Part shown: positions 21,877 through 31,678 of the stretch, piece after piece
Layout of the letters: each line of letters opens with the position of its first letter
How positions within the stretch are numbered: the first letter of the stretch is position 1
NCBI GenBank assembly: GCA_963786955.1
Contig: CAWBAT010000009.1
Location: forward strand, 192,001 to 256,000
Length of the DNA stretch: 64,000 nucleotides
Reading direction: 5' to 3'
Origin: an uncultured Acidimicrobiia bacterium
GTDB taxonomy: Bacteria > Acidobacteriota > Terriglobia > Versatilivoradales > Versatilivoraceae
The notes under the pieces: generated by a model
Databases searched by the model: none
What the model saw: the letters and a program-made list of their open reading frames with translations, nothing else
What the model was told of the DNA's origin: nothing
Program-made: the position numbers and the translations under genes

Positions 21877-23394
21877 ATGACCCCTTCTGTTTTCTTAATC
21901 GGAGCCGGTCCCGGTGATCCGGAGTTACTGACTCTTAAAGGTCTTCGCTGCTTGCAGGTTGCCAACTGTGTAGTTTACGACTCTCTGGTCAATATTGATC
22001 TTCTCCAGTATGTGCGCCCGGACGCGGAATTGATCTACGTGGGGAAGCGAAAGGGGCAGCAGAGCATATCCCAAGATGAGATTAACCAGCTATTGGTCCA
22101 AAAATCGAAAGAAGGTAAGACGGTGGCCCGCCTCAAAGGGGGAGACCCCTTTGTCTTTGGTCGAGGAGGGGAGGAGGCCGAAGCACTCACCCACTCCGGT
22201 GTAGGGTTTGAGATCATTCCCGGCGTCAGTTCCGGCATTGCGGTCCCGGCTTATGCTGGTATTCCTGTGACCCACCGTGATTATAGCTCTTCGGTAACGT
22301 TTCTCACCGGACACGAAGACGCCGACAAAGGAGAGCCTGGAATTGCCTGGGATACGCTGGCTCCGGGGTCGGGAACCCTGGTTTTTTTCATGGGCGTTGC
22401 ACGACTTCTGGAGATCGTGGAAAATCTGGTGCGCTGCGGAAGACCCCTCAATACACCGATCGCCGTGGTCCAATGGGGGACTTACGGAAAGCAAGATGTC
22501 GTCACCGGAACGTTGGAGTCGATCTTGAAGGAGGTTCAGTCGAACCCAATTGGGTCGCCGGCGATTACCGTGGTGGGTGAAGTAGTCAAATTGCGGGACA
22601 AATTGCGCTGGTTTGAAAATCGCCCGCTTTTCGGAAAAAGAATCGTGGTGACCCGACCGCGCCAGCAAGTTGAAGAGCTCAGAGCTCAATTATCGGGGTT
22701 GGGCGCAGAAGTCATTCCTTTCCCCACAATTGAAATCCGGCCTCCCGATTCCTGGAAGCCGCTTGACCAGGCGATTCAACGGGTCCATCAGTATGACTGG
22801 CTCATTTTCACGAGCGTCAATGGCGTACACCATTTCTTTTCCCGCTATCGGACTCTCGAGCGAGACATCCGTGACTTGAAGGGAGTGCGCCTGGCTGCTA
22901 TTGGTCCAGCCACCGAAAGGGCTCTTCGCGATCTGGATCTGATCGTTGAGGTTCTGCCGGGCGAGTTTAAGGCGGAGGGCTTGGTTGAAAGCCTCAAAGG
23001 GAAGGTGGGTACCGGCTCTCGCATCTTAATCGTGCGTGCTAAAGTGGCCCGCGATGTTCTTCCCGTAGAACTCTCCAAACAGGGTGCCCAGGTGGATATT
23101 GCCGAAGCGTATCAATCTGTAATTCCCTCCATAAGCCAGGATGCGCTGGAACAAATCTTCACTGAAAGACCCGTTGATATGATCGTGTTTACAAGTTCCT
23201 CGACCATTTCAAACCTGGCGGAAATCCTGAGGCCAAAGCCGATTGCCGAATTTCTGGATCAGACCGTTGTAGCCGCCATCGGTCCGATTACAACCCGTAC
23301 GGCAGAAGAACATGGATTGCATGTACTGGTTCAGCCGAAACAATACAAGATCTCTTCGTTGGTTAATGCGATTCTGGATTATTACGCAGAGTAG
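21877..23394 (+). CDS. cobA: Uroporphyrinogen-III C-methyltransferase / uroporphyrinogen-III synthase fusion
   Basis: GAGPGDPELLT, RLKGGDPFVFGRGGEE, followed by a HemD domain (VTRP, FTSVNGV, FTSSS). Confidence 0.95.
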   Translation: MTPSVFLIGAGPGDPELLTLKGLRCLQVANCVVYDSLVNIDLLQYVRPDAELIYVGKRKGQQSISQDEINQLLVQKSKEGKTVARLKGGDPFVFGRGGEEAEALTHSGVGFEIIPGVSSGIAVPAYAGIPVTHRDYSSSVTFLTGHEDADKGEPGIAWDTLAPGSGTLVFFMGVARLLEIVENLVRCGRPLNTPIAVVQWGTYGKQDVVTGTLESILKEVQSNPIGSPAITVVGEVVKLRDKLRWFENRPLFGKRIVVTRPRQQVEELRAQLSGLGAEVIPFPTIEIRPPDSWKPLDQAIQRVHQYDWLIFTSVNGVHHFFSRYRTLERDIRDLKGVRLAAIGPATERALRDLDLIVEVLPGEFKAEGLVESLKGKVGTGSRILIVRAKVARDVLPVELSKQGAQVDIAEAYQSVIPSISQDALEQIFTERPVDMIVFTSSSTISNLAEILRPKPIAEFLDQTVVAAIGPITTRTAEEHGLHVLVQPKQYKISSLVNAILDYYAE

Positions 23395-23612
23395 CTGGGG
23401 AGATCCTTGAACTGACCGGGTGCTTCACTAGGTCTGGAGGGCCCAGTCCTACGAGGGCGTGTATTTCGTTGGCGTCGCAGACGTATTGGTAGCCACGATG
23501 GATAGGCTTTCTTCATTCATCGTGGGATTTTCTTCGTCCTCCAAAGTTGTGCAATCCCCCTTAGAAGGGGACAGCAGCAAAGCTGCGGGGGATGTCCTCT
23601 TCGCGGCGATCC

Positions 23613-23702
23613 TATTTGCCATTGGTCAATTACCATATGCCATTTTTCATTTAACCTTTTCAATGGAAAATGAGAAATGAACAGTCAACAATGACAAATG
23701 AA
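23613..23702. repeat. Inverted arrays of degenerate 7-bp repeats
   Basis: TATTTGC CATTGGT CAATTAC CATATGC CATTTTT CATTT facing AATGGAA AATGAGA AATGAAC AGTCAAC AATGACA AATG. Confidence 0.7.
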
Positions 23703-23789
23703 TTTTTTTTAGAGTTCCCCCTCACCTGCCCCTCTCCCGCGCTGAGTGGATTCACTGGATCCAATCGGCAGCGCTTCTACTGACCTGTG

Positions 23790-24452
23790 TCATTTCATGA
23801 CCATCCCGAACTTCCCCGCTTCAAACAGTCGCCAGTCGACCTTGGTAAGCTGGCGCGCTGTCACGGGCGATAGAAGGTTGAAGTGTGGAATTGTCAGAAG
23901 ATATTCGCCCATGAACCACAGGTCTTCCTCCGCAGTCATCCACTCTGTCTTGTCAAACCGTCCCAAATTGACAGGTTTCGAATAGCGTCTCAGCGTCTTC
24001 TCGCGTTTCAAATTGAAATAGTGTTCAAAGTAACTCATCACCAGTTCCCGAACAGTTCGATACACCGGCTCACGAAAACGCAGTCCGGAGTAATTCGACT
24101 TTGCAATGGCTCCCCAATATCCGTGTTGTTGAAAAACGGCCAGGACATGGTCATCGTCATGAACCGCCTCCAGATCAACCATTAAAGGGGGATGACCATG
24201 AAACCGAAGGGCCGCGACCGCAACCAAGGCTCCTTCAAAGCAATGGCCGGTCATATCGCGTAGGACTCGTCGGGGAGAGCGGCACGTCTCCCCATCAATT
24301 TCTTTGTTATAGGCCAACTCTTCATCCAGGAAACGCTGGATCTTCTCCGGAGTATTGAGCCGCTTGAGGACGGTGATTTCCTGGCGTGTAAATCCGAACA
24401 CTGTCGAGTCCTTTCTGCTTCTCAAAGATGGAAAATACGGACTTGCAAACAA
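23790..24452 (-). CDS. Conserved hypothetical protein, possibly transglutaminase-like
   Basis: GHCFEGAL, DDDHVLAVF, WGAIAKSN; possible Cys-His catalytic pair. Confidence 0.7.
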   Translation of the reverse strand: MFASPYFPSLRSRKDSTVFGFTRQEITVLKRLNTPEKIQRFLDEELAYNKEIDGETCRSPRRVLRDMTGHCFEGALVAVAALRFHGHPPLMVDLEAVHDDDHVLAVFQQHGYWGAIAKSNYSGLRFREPVYRTVRELVMSYFEHYFNLKREKTLRRYSKPVNLGRFDKTEWMTAEEDLWFMGEYLLTIPHFNLLSPVTARQLTKVDWRLFEAGKFGMVMK

Positions 24453-24653
24453 ATGGATAGATTAATTCGAGTTCGCTCTCATTCCCGCCCTCTCTCCTAT
24501 AGGACAAAAACACAATCGGTTGTAAGCCTCCATGGGCATTCGATCCCCCTCACCCATAGCCCCTCTCCCGCGTTGGGCGAGGGGAGCCGATTACGGAAGT
24601 TACGAGGGATTTTCCTCAAATCTCCTTAGACCATCAAGAGACATAGGCTCCGG

Positions 24654-26291
24654 TCATCGGAACATCTCTTTAAGAATACGGGAATCCTTTTCGCGGGGAT
24701 AATCTTTCAATCCAAGCATCTCCGCTAGAGTAGGGGCAATATCCTCGAGGCTCGACGGAGCCTCATATCGACCCGCACGTACTCGATCTGCCATGAATAG
24801 GATTGGAATATGCTGATCGTATTCATGGGGCGTTCCGTGGCCTGTTCCCCCGACAGCATCACTGATATAGACATATGGTTTCGGAATGGTTGTCAGATGG
24901 GGGCTGCGAGGCTGGTAGAAACTGTTTCTAATCAACTCAAGAGTGGCATTGGCTGGCGTACCAGGGTCTAAGATTTCCGATTGAGTATAAATTGCTTCGA
25001 AACTTCCGCTCTCCAGCAACTCTTTTCGGACACATTCTTCGACTTGCCGCCGGTCTAATTTGTATCGCAGGATCGCCTGATCATCGAAGTACGTCTGAAA
25101 AGGATTAAATGCAGCCATTAGCCCTGAAGTCCCGGGAAAGCTCCGCTTGAGTGCTTGCTGAACTCTCTCCTCCAGTTTGTGCAGGCTAACCCTTTGGCCA
25201 TCGATTCCTTTAGCGCGCAAATTTTCAACCAGAGGGAGTGCGCCATGGTCAGCCGTCAAGACAAAATACGTGGCATCCAGGCCAACTGAAGACTCCACTT
25301 CATCGAAGAGTTTCTTCAAGAGCTGATCTAGGCGTAACAGCTGGTCCATGATTTCCTGGCTATCCCCGCCATAGGTGTGCCCGATAAAGTCCGTGGCTGA
25401 GAAACTGACTGCCAGGATATCGGTTGCTGAATCTTCTCCCAGCTGATGTGCTTTCTTAGCCAATAAGGCCACTTCCAACGTCACCTCGTCTGCAAAGGGG
25501 GTCCTCTGAAAATCATTATAGAAAAGGGCGCTGGAAGGATTTCCACGAATCTCATGTGGGAAAATGACGTCTTTCCGATCCCACTCCCCTTCAACATCGT
25601 CAGGACCGGCATATTTCTCATAGAGACTCTGATCTTTCAGCATGCGGTTCCATGTCTTTCCGGAGAATTGATCGACCCGGTGAAGTGCGTTCCAATTCTT
25701 GAGCCACTCTGGAAGGGACTTTGCATAGTATGAACTGGTTGTGAAGTTGCCTCCCTCAGCCGAATACCAATAAGCTGCGTCCGCATGGGGTCCGGCCATG
25801 AGAATAGCTGCCCGGTCTTTCAATGAGACACTTACAACCTTTGAATCCGGAGAGTACCGTTTCAAAAGGTCTCCAAGAGTGAAGCCGATGAATTGGCTCG
25901 GAGAAGCTCCGCGACCTTTCCCTTCAAGCGGCCGGATCACCCGATCGTCTACGACATTCACCATTTGCTTGAGAATGGGATCATACCAGGCATTGGCAAT
26001 GATTCCTGAGTGGGATGGGAGGCGGCCGGAAAGCATGACGGAATGACCCGGCCCCGTTTCCGTATTGGCGTAACCGCATGTCGCATTTGTAAATACTGCC
26101 CCTTTACTCAGCAGGGTCCGGAGACCTCCTTGGTACAAGTCGGCAAAACGCGTCAAGTAGTCAAAACGCATTTGATCAATGGACAAGAACAGGATGAGCT
26201 TCGGCCCACGCTCTTGACCGAACAGAGGCGAGAACAGTAAGAGCATGAACAACAGGGAAAGCAACAGTAATCTATTTTTCGAGATTCGCAT
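24654..26291 (-). CDS. Alkaline phosphatase superfamily protein (PafA/NPP type), exported
   Basis: Signal peptide, SIDQMR, TETGPGHS, ATDFIGH, TADHG, GHGTPHEYD. Confidence 0.9.
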   Translation of the reverse strand: MRISKNRLLLLSLLFMLLLFSPLFGQERGPKLILFLSIDQMRFDYLTRFADLYQGGLRTLLSKGAVFTNATCGYANTETGPGHSVMLSGRLPSHSGIIANAWYDPILKQMVNVVDDRVIRPLEGKGRGASPSQFIGFTLGDLLKRYSPDSKVVSVSLKDRAAILMAGPHADAAYWYSAEGGNFTTSSYYAKSLPEWLKNWNALHRVDQFSGKTWNRMLKDQSLYEKYAGPDDVEGEWDRKDVIFPHEIRGNPSSALFYNDFQRTPFADEVTLEVALLAKKAHQLGEDSATDILAVSFSATDFIGHTYGGDSQEIMDQLLRLDQLLKKLFDEVESSVGLDATYFVLTADHGALPLVENLRAKGIDGQRVSLHKLEERVQQALKRSFPGTSGLMAAFNPFQTYFDDQAILRYKLDRRQVEECVRKELLESGSFEAIYTQSEILDPGTPANATLELIRNSFYQPRSPHLTTIPKPYVYISDAVGGTGHGTPHEYDQHIPILFMADRVRAGRYEAPSSLEDIAPTLAEMLGLKDYPREKDSRILKEMFR

Positions 26292-26332
26292 TTTGGGTAT
26301 TCGCGGATCCTCTTCTATCCATAGCTCATACC

Positions 26333-27088
26333 TTATGAAGGCCTTGATGCATTTTCCCGGCGCAACACACCAAGGCGAGCCAATACTCCTTTGGCTCCGA
26401 TGATTTTTAAGTGAAGCAAATACCAACCCACTTGTGCCCAGGAAAGCGGTTTTGAGTGAAGTTGAACATCCCCTCGCTTAATCGCAGCTGAAACAGCGGA
26501 AAAACTGATTTCTGGAACTCGTATTGTTGTAGTGGTTTTTCCCATTTGGGCAAGGAGGTGAATATCCGAGGTTCCTATGAGCGGCTTGTTCAACTGGTGA
26601 GCCGCCTCCACCGCTTTACGATTAAAATCGACCTGGGTGGTATAGAAATGACAGTACTCAATTCCGTCAAAGCAATCCGCATATTCAAACAGCTTTGCTC
26701 CCAGACAACTCACCCCCGGATAAAACGGATGGGGGGCAATCACAAAAATCTCAGGATCGAGCCGGCGTAGGTCACGCAATTCGGCAAAGCTCATCGGCGG
26801 TTGAAACTCGCCTAAGCCGTATATCAACACATCTTTTCCTTCAATTGAAGCCTCTACTGCAGGAATGAGAAGGACCCCAGTGTTTTGAGCATATTGCGCC
26901 AGCAATGGGGACCATTGCAGGGCATTATGACACGTAATTGCAAGCACACCGACTCCCTGTCGAGCCGCCTCATCGATTAATTGCTCCGCGGAATGTTCGA
27001 TCCAATCCATTGGGTCAAAATCCGTATGCGTGTGTAATTCCATTTTCAGTTCGTAATGCCCCAAGTTTGCTCCAGATACCCTTCCCAA
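26333..27088 (-). CDS. PHP domain protein
   Basis: ELHTHT, AITCHN, APHP, GTSDIH. Confidence 0.88.
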   Translation of the reverse strand: MGRVSGANLGHYELKMELHTHTDFDPMDWIEHSAEQLIDEAARQGVGVLAITCHNALQWSPLLAQYAQNTGVLLIPAVEASIEGKDVLIYGLGEFQPPMSFAELRDLRRLDPEIFVIAPHPFYPGVSCLGAKLFEYADCFDGIEYCHFYTTQVDFNRKAVEAAHQLNKPLIGTSDIHLLAQMGKTTTTIRVPEISFSAVSAAIKRGDVQLHSKPLSWAQVGWYLLHLKIIGAKGVLARLGVLRRENASRPS

Positions 27089-27128
27089 TTGGCTTAATTT
27101 CTAAATAGCGCCAACTCGACCCAATGGC

Positions 27129-28340
27129 TCAAGGGGATAACAATAAAGCGTCCAAATGCTCACCGATGCAATTAACTGTTTTCTTCAGAGTTGCGGGTTC
27201 TTGGACAAAAGTCAGCACAATGTGAGCGGGAGGAATATCATAGAAGTAACCCGGGTGGACCAGCGCCTTGCAGTGATCAAGAATCGAAATCACGAGTTGA
27301 TCTTCGCTTTCTGATTCCCCTTTGATCCGGCCGGTCAAATAAAATCCGCCTTGGGGTGAAACGAACTCCAGCGCATGACAATTCCCAAGCGAAAGGACTG
27401 CGATCTCGTGACAAGTCTTCACCCAGGCCTGATAGCTTCGCAAGAATTCTCCTCCCGACTCAAAAATGGCCGGCACGGCAAATTGGACAACCTCATTGAC
27501 CGGAAGAAACGTATCGGAAATAAGCTCGAGCGCCCGCATTGATTTCTTCACTAAGGGATCATCCCCAGAAACCGCTATCCACCCTAGTTTCAATCCCGCC
27601 AAAGCAAACATTTTGGAAAATCCATTTAGGGTGAAGACGAGTGGGGCATCCCTTCCCGCTGGACGGGGGAGTGGGACAGAGTCATAAACAAACTCACTAA
27701 AAACCTCGTCCGAAATGATAGGTAAATGATGCCTCCTCGCAATCGCCGCAAGTTCCGTCCACTGTTCAGCGCTTGTAACTGCGCCTGTGGGGTTGTGCGG
27801 AGAAATAGCCACAATGGCACGAGTTCTCGTCGTAATCCGTGACTCCAGATAGTCTAGATCGATCTCCCATGCTCTCGATTCAACCAAACGGTATGACGTC
27901 AAGTGCACATGAGCAAGTCGCGCGATCGTCTCAAACAAAGGATAAGAAGGGGAGGGACAGAGAATCTCATCCCCTGGATCGGCCAATAGCTGGAAGCAAT
28001 AAGAGTACGAAACGCTGGTACCAGGAGTCAGCAGGATCTGATGCGCTGGAATGCTCAGGCTGTGCGAAGCGTAGTATTGTGAGACAGCTTCTCTAGCCTT
28101 GAGCTGCCCGAAAGAATCGGGTTGGTAGCTTTTGGCCATCGGCAGCGCCTGGAGGAAAATTTCTTTTAGGAGATCTTGAGGGAAAAAGATTCCTTGGTGG
28201 TTTACATTTCCAGAAATCAGATCAACGATCGTATCGCCATTACGGAGAGCGGCTTCGCGGGCCCTATAAAGAGGATTTAATACGTTGGAAAATGAGTTGG
28301 GGACAGAAGAAAAATGAAACGTTGATTCATTACTCATCAT
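27129..28340 (-). CDS. PLP-dependent aminotransferase, class I/II
   Basis: SPHNPTG, SDEVF, GFSKMFALAGLKLGW. Confidence 0.9.
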   Translation of the reverse strand: MMSNESTFHFSSVPNSFSNVLNPLYRAREAALRNGDTIVDLISGNVNHQGIFFPQDLLKEIFLQALPMAKSYQPDSFGQLKAREAVSQYYASHSLSIPAHQILLTPGTSVSYSYCFQLLADPGDEILCPSPSYPLFETIARLAHVHLTSYRLVESRAWEIDLDYLESRITTRTRAIVAISPHNPTGAVTSAEQWTELAAIARRHHLPIISDEVFSEFVYDSVPLPRPAGRDAPLVFTLNGFSKMFALAGLKLGWIAVSGDDPLVKKSMRALELISDTFLPVNEVVQFAVPAIFESGGEFLRSYQAWVKTCHEIAVLSLGNCHALEFVSPQGGFYLTGRIKGESESEDQLVISILDHCKALVHPGYFYDIPPAHIVLTFVQEPATLKKTVNCIGEHLDALLLSP

Positions 28341-28389
28341 TCATTGTCCGTTACCCATTACTCAATACGTTGATGGTATTTGAAACTAA

Positions 28390-28516
28390 GTACTTCATTT
28401 CATCAATATGGTGACGTATCTTAGGATAGGCGCCGCGTGGGGTCACGCGGCCTACAAAGCTGTAGGCCGGGTCACCGACCCGGCGTTAACGTCATCGGAT
28501 TTCTGAAACGAAGTAC
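28390..28516. mobile_element. MITE (28-bp imperfect TIRs) carrying GTAG-type REPs
   Basis: GTACTTCATTTCATCAATATGGTGACGT vs reverse complement of the right end GTACTTCGTTTCAGAAATCCGATGACGT; inner hairpins CCGCGTGGGGTCACGCGG and GCCGGGTCACCGACCCGGC. Confidence 0.78.
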
Positions 28517-28543
28517 AAATTTGCAAACAGCGACAGAAATGAA

Positions 28544-29068
28544 TCAATGGGCGTTGAGCTCTTTGACCTTGGCTACAACGTCTTCGGCAGCCGTGGCCGT
28601 ATTGATTTTCTTATCGATGAAGACGATCTTACCGTCCTTCCCAATGTAAAAGGTCCAGCGCTCGGGCACTTGCCGGCCTTCGTGGACAACGCCATAGGCT
28701 TCGGCCACTTTCTTGTCAGGATCGCTCAAGATCGGATAATCGGCGTGATGTGCTTCCGCGAACTTCTTATTCTCTTCGGCAGTGTCGGTGCTGGCCATGA
28801 AATAAGCAGCCTTTGTCTCTTTCAATATCTTGCCGTTTTGACTGAATGACTTGCACTCAGTAGTACATCCAGGCGTGAATGCTTTGGGAAACCAGGCCAG
28901 AACCACAACCTTCTTACCTTTGAAAGAGGAAAGCTTGTACATCTTGCCGTCAGAGCCGGGCAACGAAAAATCCGGAGCTGCATCCCCCGATTTCAATTCA
29001 ACTGCTTTCAATGAGGCTACAGTTAAAACAAAAAAGGTCGCCGCTCCGAGCAGGATCAATCTCAACAT
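28544..29068 (-). CDS. Peroxiredoxin (BCP-like), exported
   Basis: Signal peptide, [13 protein letters not shown]. Confidence 0.92.
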   Translation of the reverse strand: MLRLILLGAATFFVLTVASLKAVELKSGDAAPDFSLPGSDGKMYKLSSFKGKKVVVLAWFPKAFTPGCTTECKSFSQNGKILKETKAAYFMASTDTAEENKKFAEAHHADYPILSDPDKKVAEAYGVVHEGRQVPERWTFYIGKDGKIVFIDKKINTATAAEDVVAKVKELNAH

Positions 29069-29169
29069 AATGGTCTCTCCTTTTTAAATGACTACAAATA
29101 ATCTGTTCCCGCAAAGTAGAACAAATGCATCCTAAAGGGGTCACTTCCCCTCTCCAAACCAGGGTCATT

Positions 29170-29541
29170 TCATTCCTTCTCTATGGGGCCTTGCTGCTTG
29201 AGCCATTCCTTATATCCGCCGGCCATGGAGTAAACATTTGTATAGCCCATTTTTTGCAAGGCATCAGCGGCTAGCGCCGAACGGAAACCTCCTCCACAGT
29301 AAAGGACAATTTCGGTGTTCAGTTCGGGAATTGTTCCTTCAATATCCCGCTCAATGATTCCTTTGCCGAGGTGGAGGGCACCAACTGCCCTCCCTTGTTG
29401 CCATTCATTGTCCTCACGGACATCGATAAATTGGAAGACCTGCCCGGCTTCCAATTTCTTTCGCGTCTCAAGGACGGAAATTTCCCGAACTCGAGATTTG
29501 GCGTCTTCAACGATTTTTAGAAAACCTGGCGCGTGTTTCAT
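29170..29541 (-). CDS. Rhodanese-like protein
   Basis: DVREDNEW, YCGGGFRS, SMAGG. Confidence 0.92.
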   Translation of the reverse strand: MKHAPGFLKIVEDAKSRVREISVLETRKKLEAGQVFQFIDVREDNEWQQGRAVGALHLGKGIIERDIEGTIPELNTEIVLYCGGGFRSALAADALQKMGYTNVYSMAGGYKEWLKQQGPIEKE

Positions 29542-29578
29542 ACTTAATCCTTTGTCGTGATCCATTACAAAAACTCTG

Positions 29579-30442
29579 CTAAATCCGATCTTGCGGCGTC
29601 CCCGAAGCATGCTCGAGCACCGCATCCAGTTCGGCAGCCACATCCCCTGTTTCTGCTGAAAGAGCCTTGAACTCGAAAAGCCGGCTATCCAGAAGATGCG
29701 ACGGGATCACATGCTGGAGGGCCGCCATCATGGAATCCCTTATCCCTGGTATCTCCAGCTGCAATTCGTCGATCCACCGCTTGACTCGGGCTCGCTTCAG
29801 GTTCGGTTGTGAACCACATAGATCGCAGGGAATGATAGGATACTGCATTCGTTCGGCAAAAGAGGCAATGTCAGCTTCCCGGCAGTAGGATAGAGGCCGA
29901 ATTACGGTATTTCGGCCATCATCACTCCGCAGCACGGGAGGCATGGATTTCAATGTACCCCCGTAGAGCAGATTCAGCAGGAAGGTCGCCAGAATGTCAT
30001 CGGCATGGTGACCTAGAGCAATCTTGTTGCAACCCAACTCAACGGCCACATTATACAAAATGCCCCGCCGTAGCCGGGAACAGAGGGCACAGGTCGTTTG
30101 CCCTTCCGGAACATTCTTCTTAACAATTGAATACGTGTCCTTTTGGATGATCCTGAAGTCCTGATCCAGTTTTTTGAGATAATTCGGTAAAACATCTTCA
30201 GGGAAGCCGGGCTGCTTTTGATCCAGATTGACGGCTACTAATTCAAAACTTACCGGCGCACGCCCCTTGAGATCCCGCAGTAGGGTCAAGAGCGTATAAC
30301 TATCCTTCCCACCACTCAGGCAAACCATGATGCGATCTCCGTCGGCAATCATGCCAAAATCAGCGATTGCGGTGCCCACGCCACGAAGTAATCTGATTTT
30401 GAGTTTTTCCAGTTCCACTTGGAAATTCCTTATTCCGCTCAC
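29579..30442 (-). CDS. ttcA: tRNA 2-thiocytidine(32) synthetase
   Basis: [30 protein letters not shown]. Confidence 0.95.
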   Translation of the reverse strand: MSGIRNFQVELEKLKIRLLRGVGTAIADFGMIADGDRIMVCLSGGKDSYTLLTLLRDLKGRAPVSFELVAVNLDQKQPGFPEDVLPNYLKKLDQDFRIIQKDTYSIVKKNVPEGQTTCALCSRLRRGILYNVAVELGCNKIALGHHADDILATFLLNLLYGGTLKSMPPVLRSDDGRNTVIRPLSYCREADIASFAERMQYPIIPCDLCGSQPNLKRARVKRWIDELQLEIPGIRDSMMAALQHVIPSHLLDSRLFEFKALSAETGDVAAELDAVLEHASGTPQDRI

Positions 30443-30472
30443 CTAGGATAACCATCGCACAGCATGGTCTCT

Positions 30473-31555
30473 CTAATGAATTCTTGGGACTGGGTCTCCC
30501 AGTCTTATGTAGTCGGCTTTCCGTTTACAGGGGACGAAACCTTCTTTAACGATGGTCTCTCGGAGTAACTCCTCCGTGGCTCGATGACTCGCCCCTGCTG
30601 GCGTAATGACGTTTTCTTCGATCATGATACTACCCAAATCGTTGGCACCAAAATGGAGTCCTGTTCCTCCCACCTCGATTCCTTGCGTCAACCAGGAAAC
30701 CTGAATGTTGGGAACATTATTCAGATAGATTCGCGCCATGGCCAGCCAGCGCAAATACTCTTCAGCCGAGCGGCGATCCGGTATTTTGCGTCCAATCTTC
30801 GTGTTGTCCGGCTGGAGTGTCCAGGGGATGAAGGAAACAAAGCCGTGTGTTTTTTGTTGCAGTTGGTAGACCCGGTCCAGATGCTCGATGCGATGCGCCA
30901 GAGTTTCGCCGAGTCCAAACATCATGGTTGCCGTAGTCGGCAATCCCAGACCATGTGCTGTTTCCATGACTTCCAACCACTGCGCAGTATTGCACTTCGT
31001 CGTATTCTTCTTCCGAACTTCGTCGACCAGGATCTCACCCCCTCCTCCTGGAATCGAGTCCAGACCCGCATCTTTCAGACGTTTGAGCACCTGCTCTGTG
31101 CCCATGCCAAACAATTGAGTAAACGCATAGATTTCAGGTGGAGAAAAACAATGGAGTTGAATCCGATAACGATGTTTCAGCTCTCGCAGAAGTTTTTCAT
31201 ACCATTCCAGCGGCAGGTCGGGATGAAGGCCGCCCTGCATCAATATCCCACTCCCACCTAACTCGAGAGTCTCTTCGACTTTCCTGAAGATCTCTTCAAA
31301 GCTCAAAACATATCCTTCGGGAGATCCCGGCTTTCGATAGAAGGCACAAAACGTGCAAACCGCCGTACAAATGTTGCTGTAATTGACATTTCGGTCGACT
31401 ACATAGGTCACAACCTGGTCTGGATGGAGCTGTCTCCGAATCCCGTCGGCGAGTTCCCCCAAAGCTTCCAATGGAGCTGCTTCAGCAACACGCAAGTATT
31501 CCGTGGTTGACAGGCGTGATCCGTTTTCGATCTCTCTAAGAAGCTCATTCACCAT
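30473..31555 (-). CDS. mqnC: Cyclic dehypoxanthinyl futalosine synthase (radical SAM)
   Basis: [48 protein letters not shown]. Confidence 0.88.
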   Translation of the reverse strand: MVNELLREIENGSRLSTTEYLRVAEAAPLEALGELADGIRRQLHPDQVVTYVVDRNVNYSNICTAVCTFCAFYRKPGSPEGYVLSFEEIFRKVEETLELGGSGILMQGGLHPDLPLEWYEKLLRELKHRYRIQLHCFSPPEIYAFTQLFGMGTEQVLKRLKDAGLDSIPGGGGEILVDEVRKKNTTKCNTAQWLEVMETAHGLGLPTTATMMFGLGETLAHRIEHLDRVYQLQQKTHGFVSFIPWTLQPDNTKIGRKIPDRRSAEEYLRWLAMARIYLNNVPNIQVSWLTQGIEVGGTGLHFGANDLGSIMIEENVITPAGASHRATEELLRETIVKEGFVPCKRKADYIRLGDPVPRIH

Positions 31556-31678
31556 CGTGATGGACCCATTCAAATCCCGGCAACTTGCACCACCCCTGAA
31601 GAGCTGCGCGTCACTTCCCCTCCTCAGCCGAGGAGGGGAGTTTTCATGCAATCCTGCAGTTTCGGAACAGAAACTAGG

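Noticed and set aside
31556-31651. N-terminal extension of MqnC ([12 protein letters not shown]...)
   Set aside because: The ATG and peptide derive from the TTTTCAT/CCCCTCC repeat; MVNELL is the likelier start
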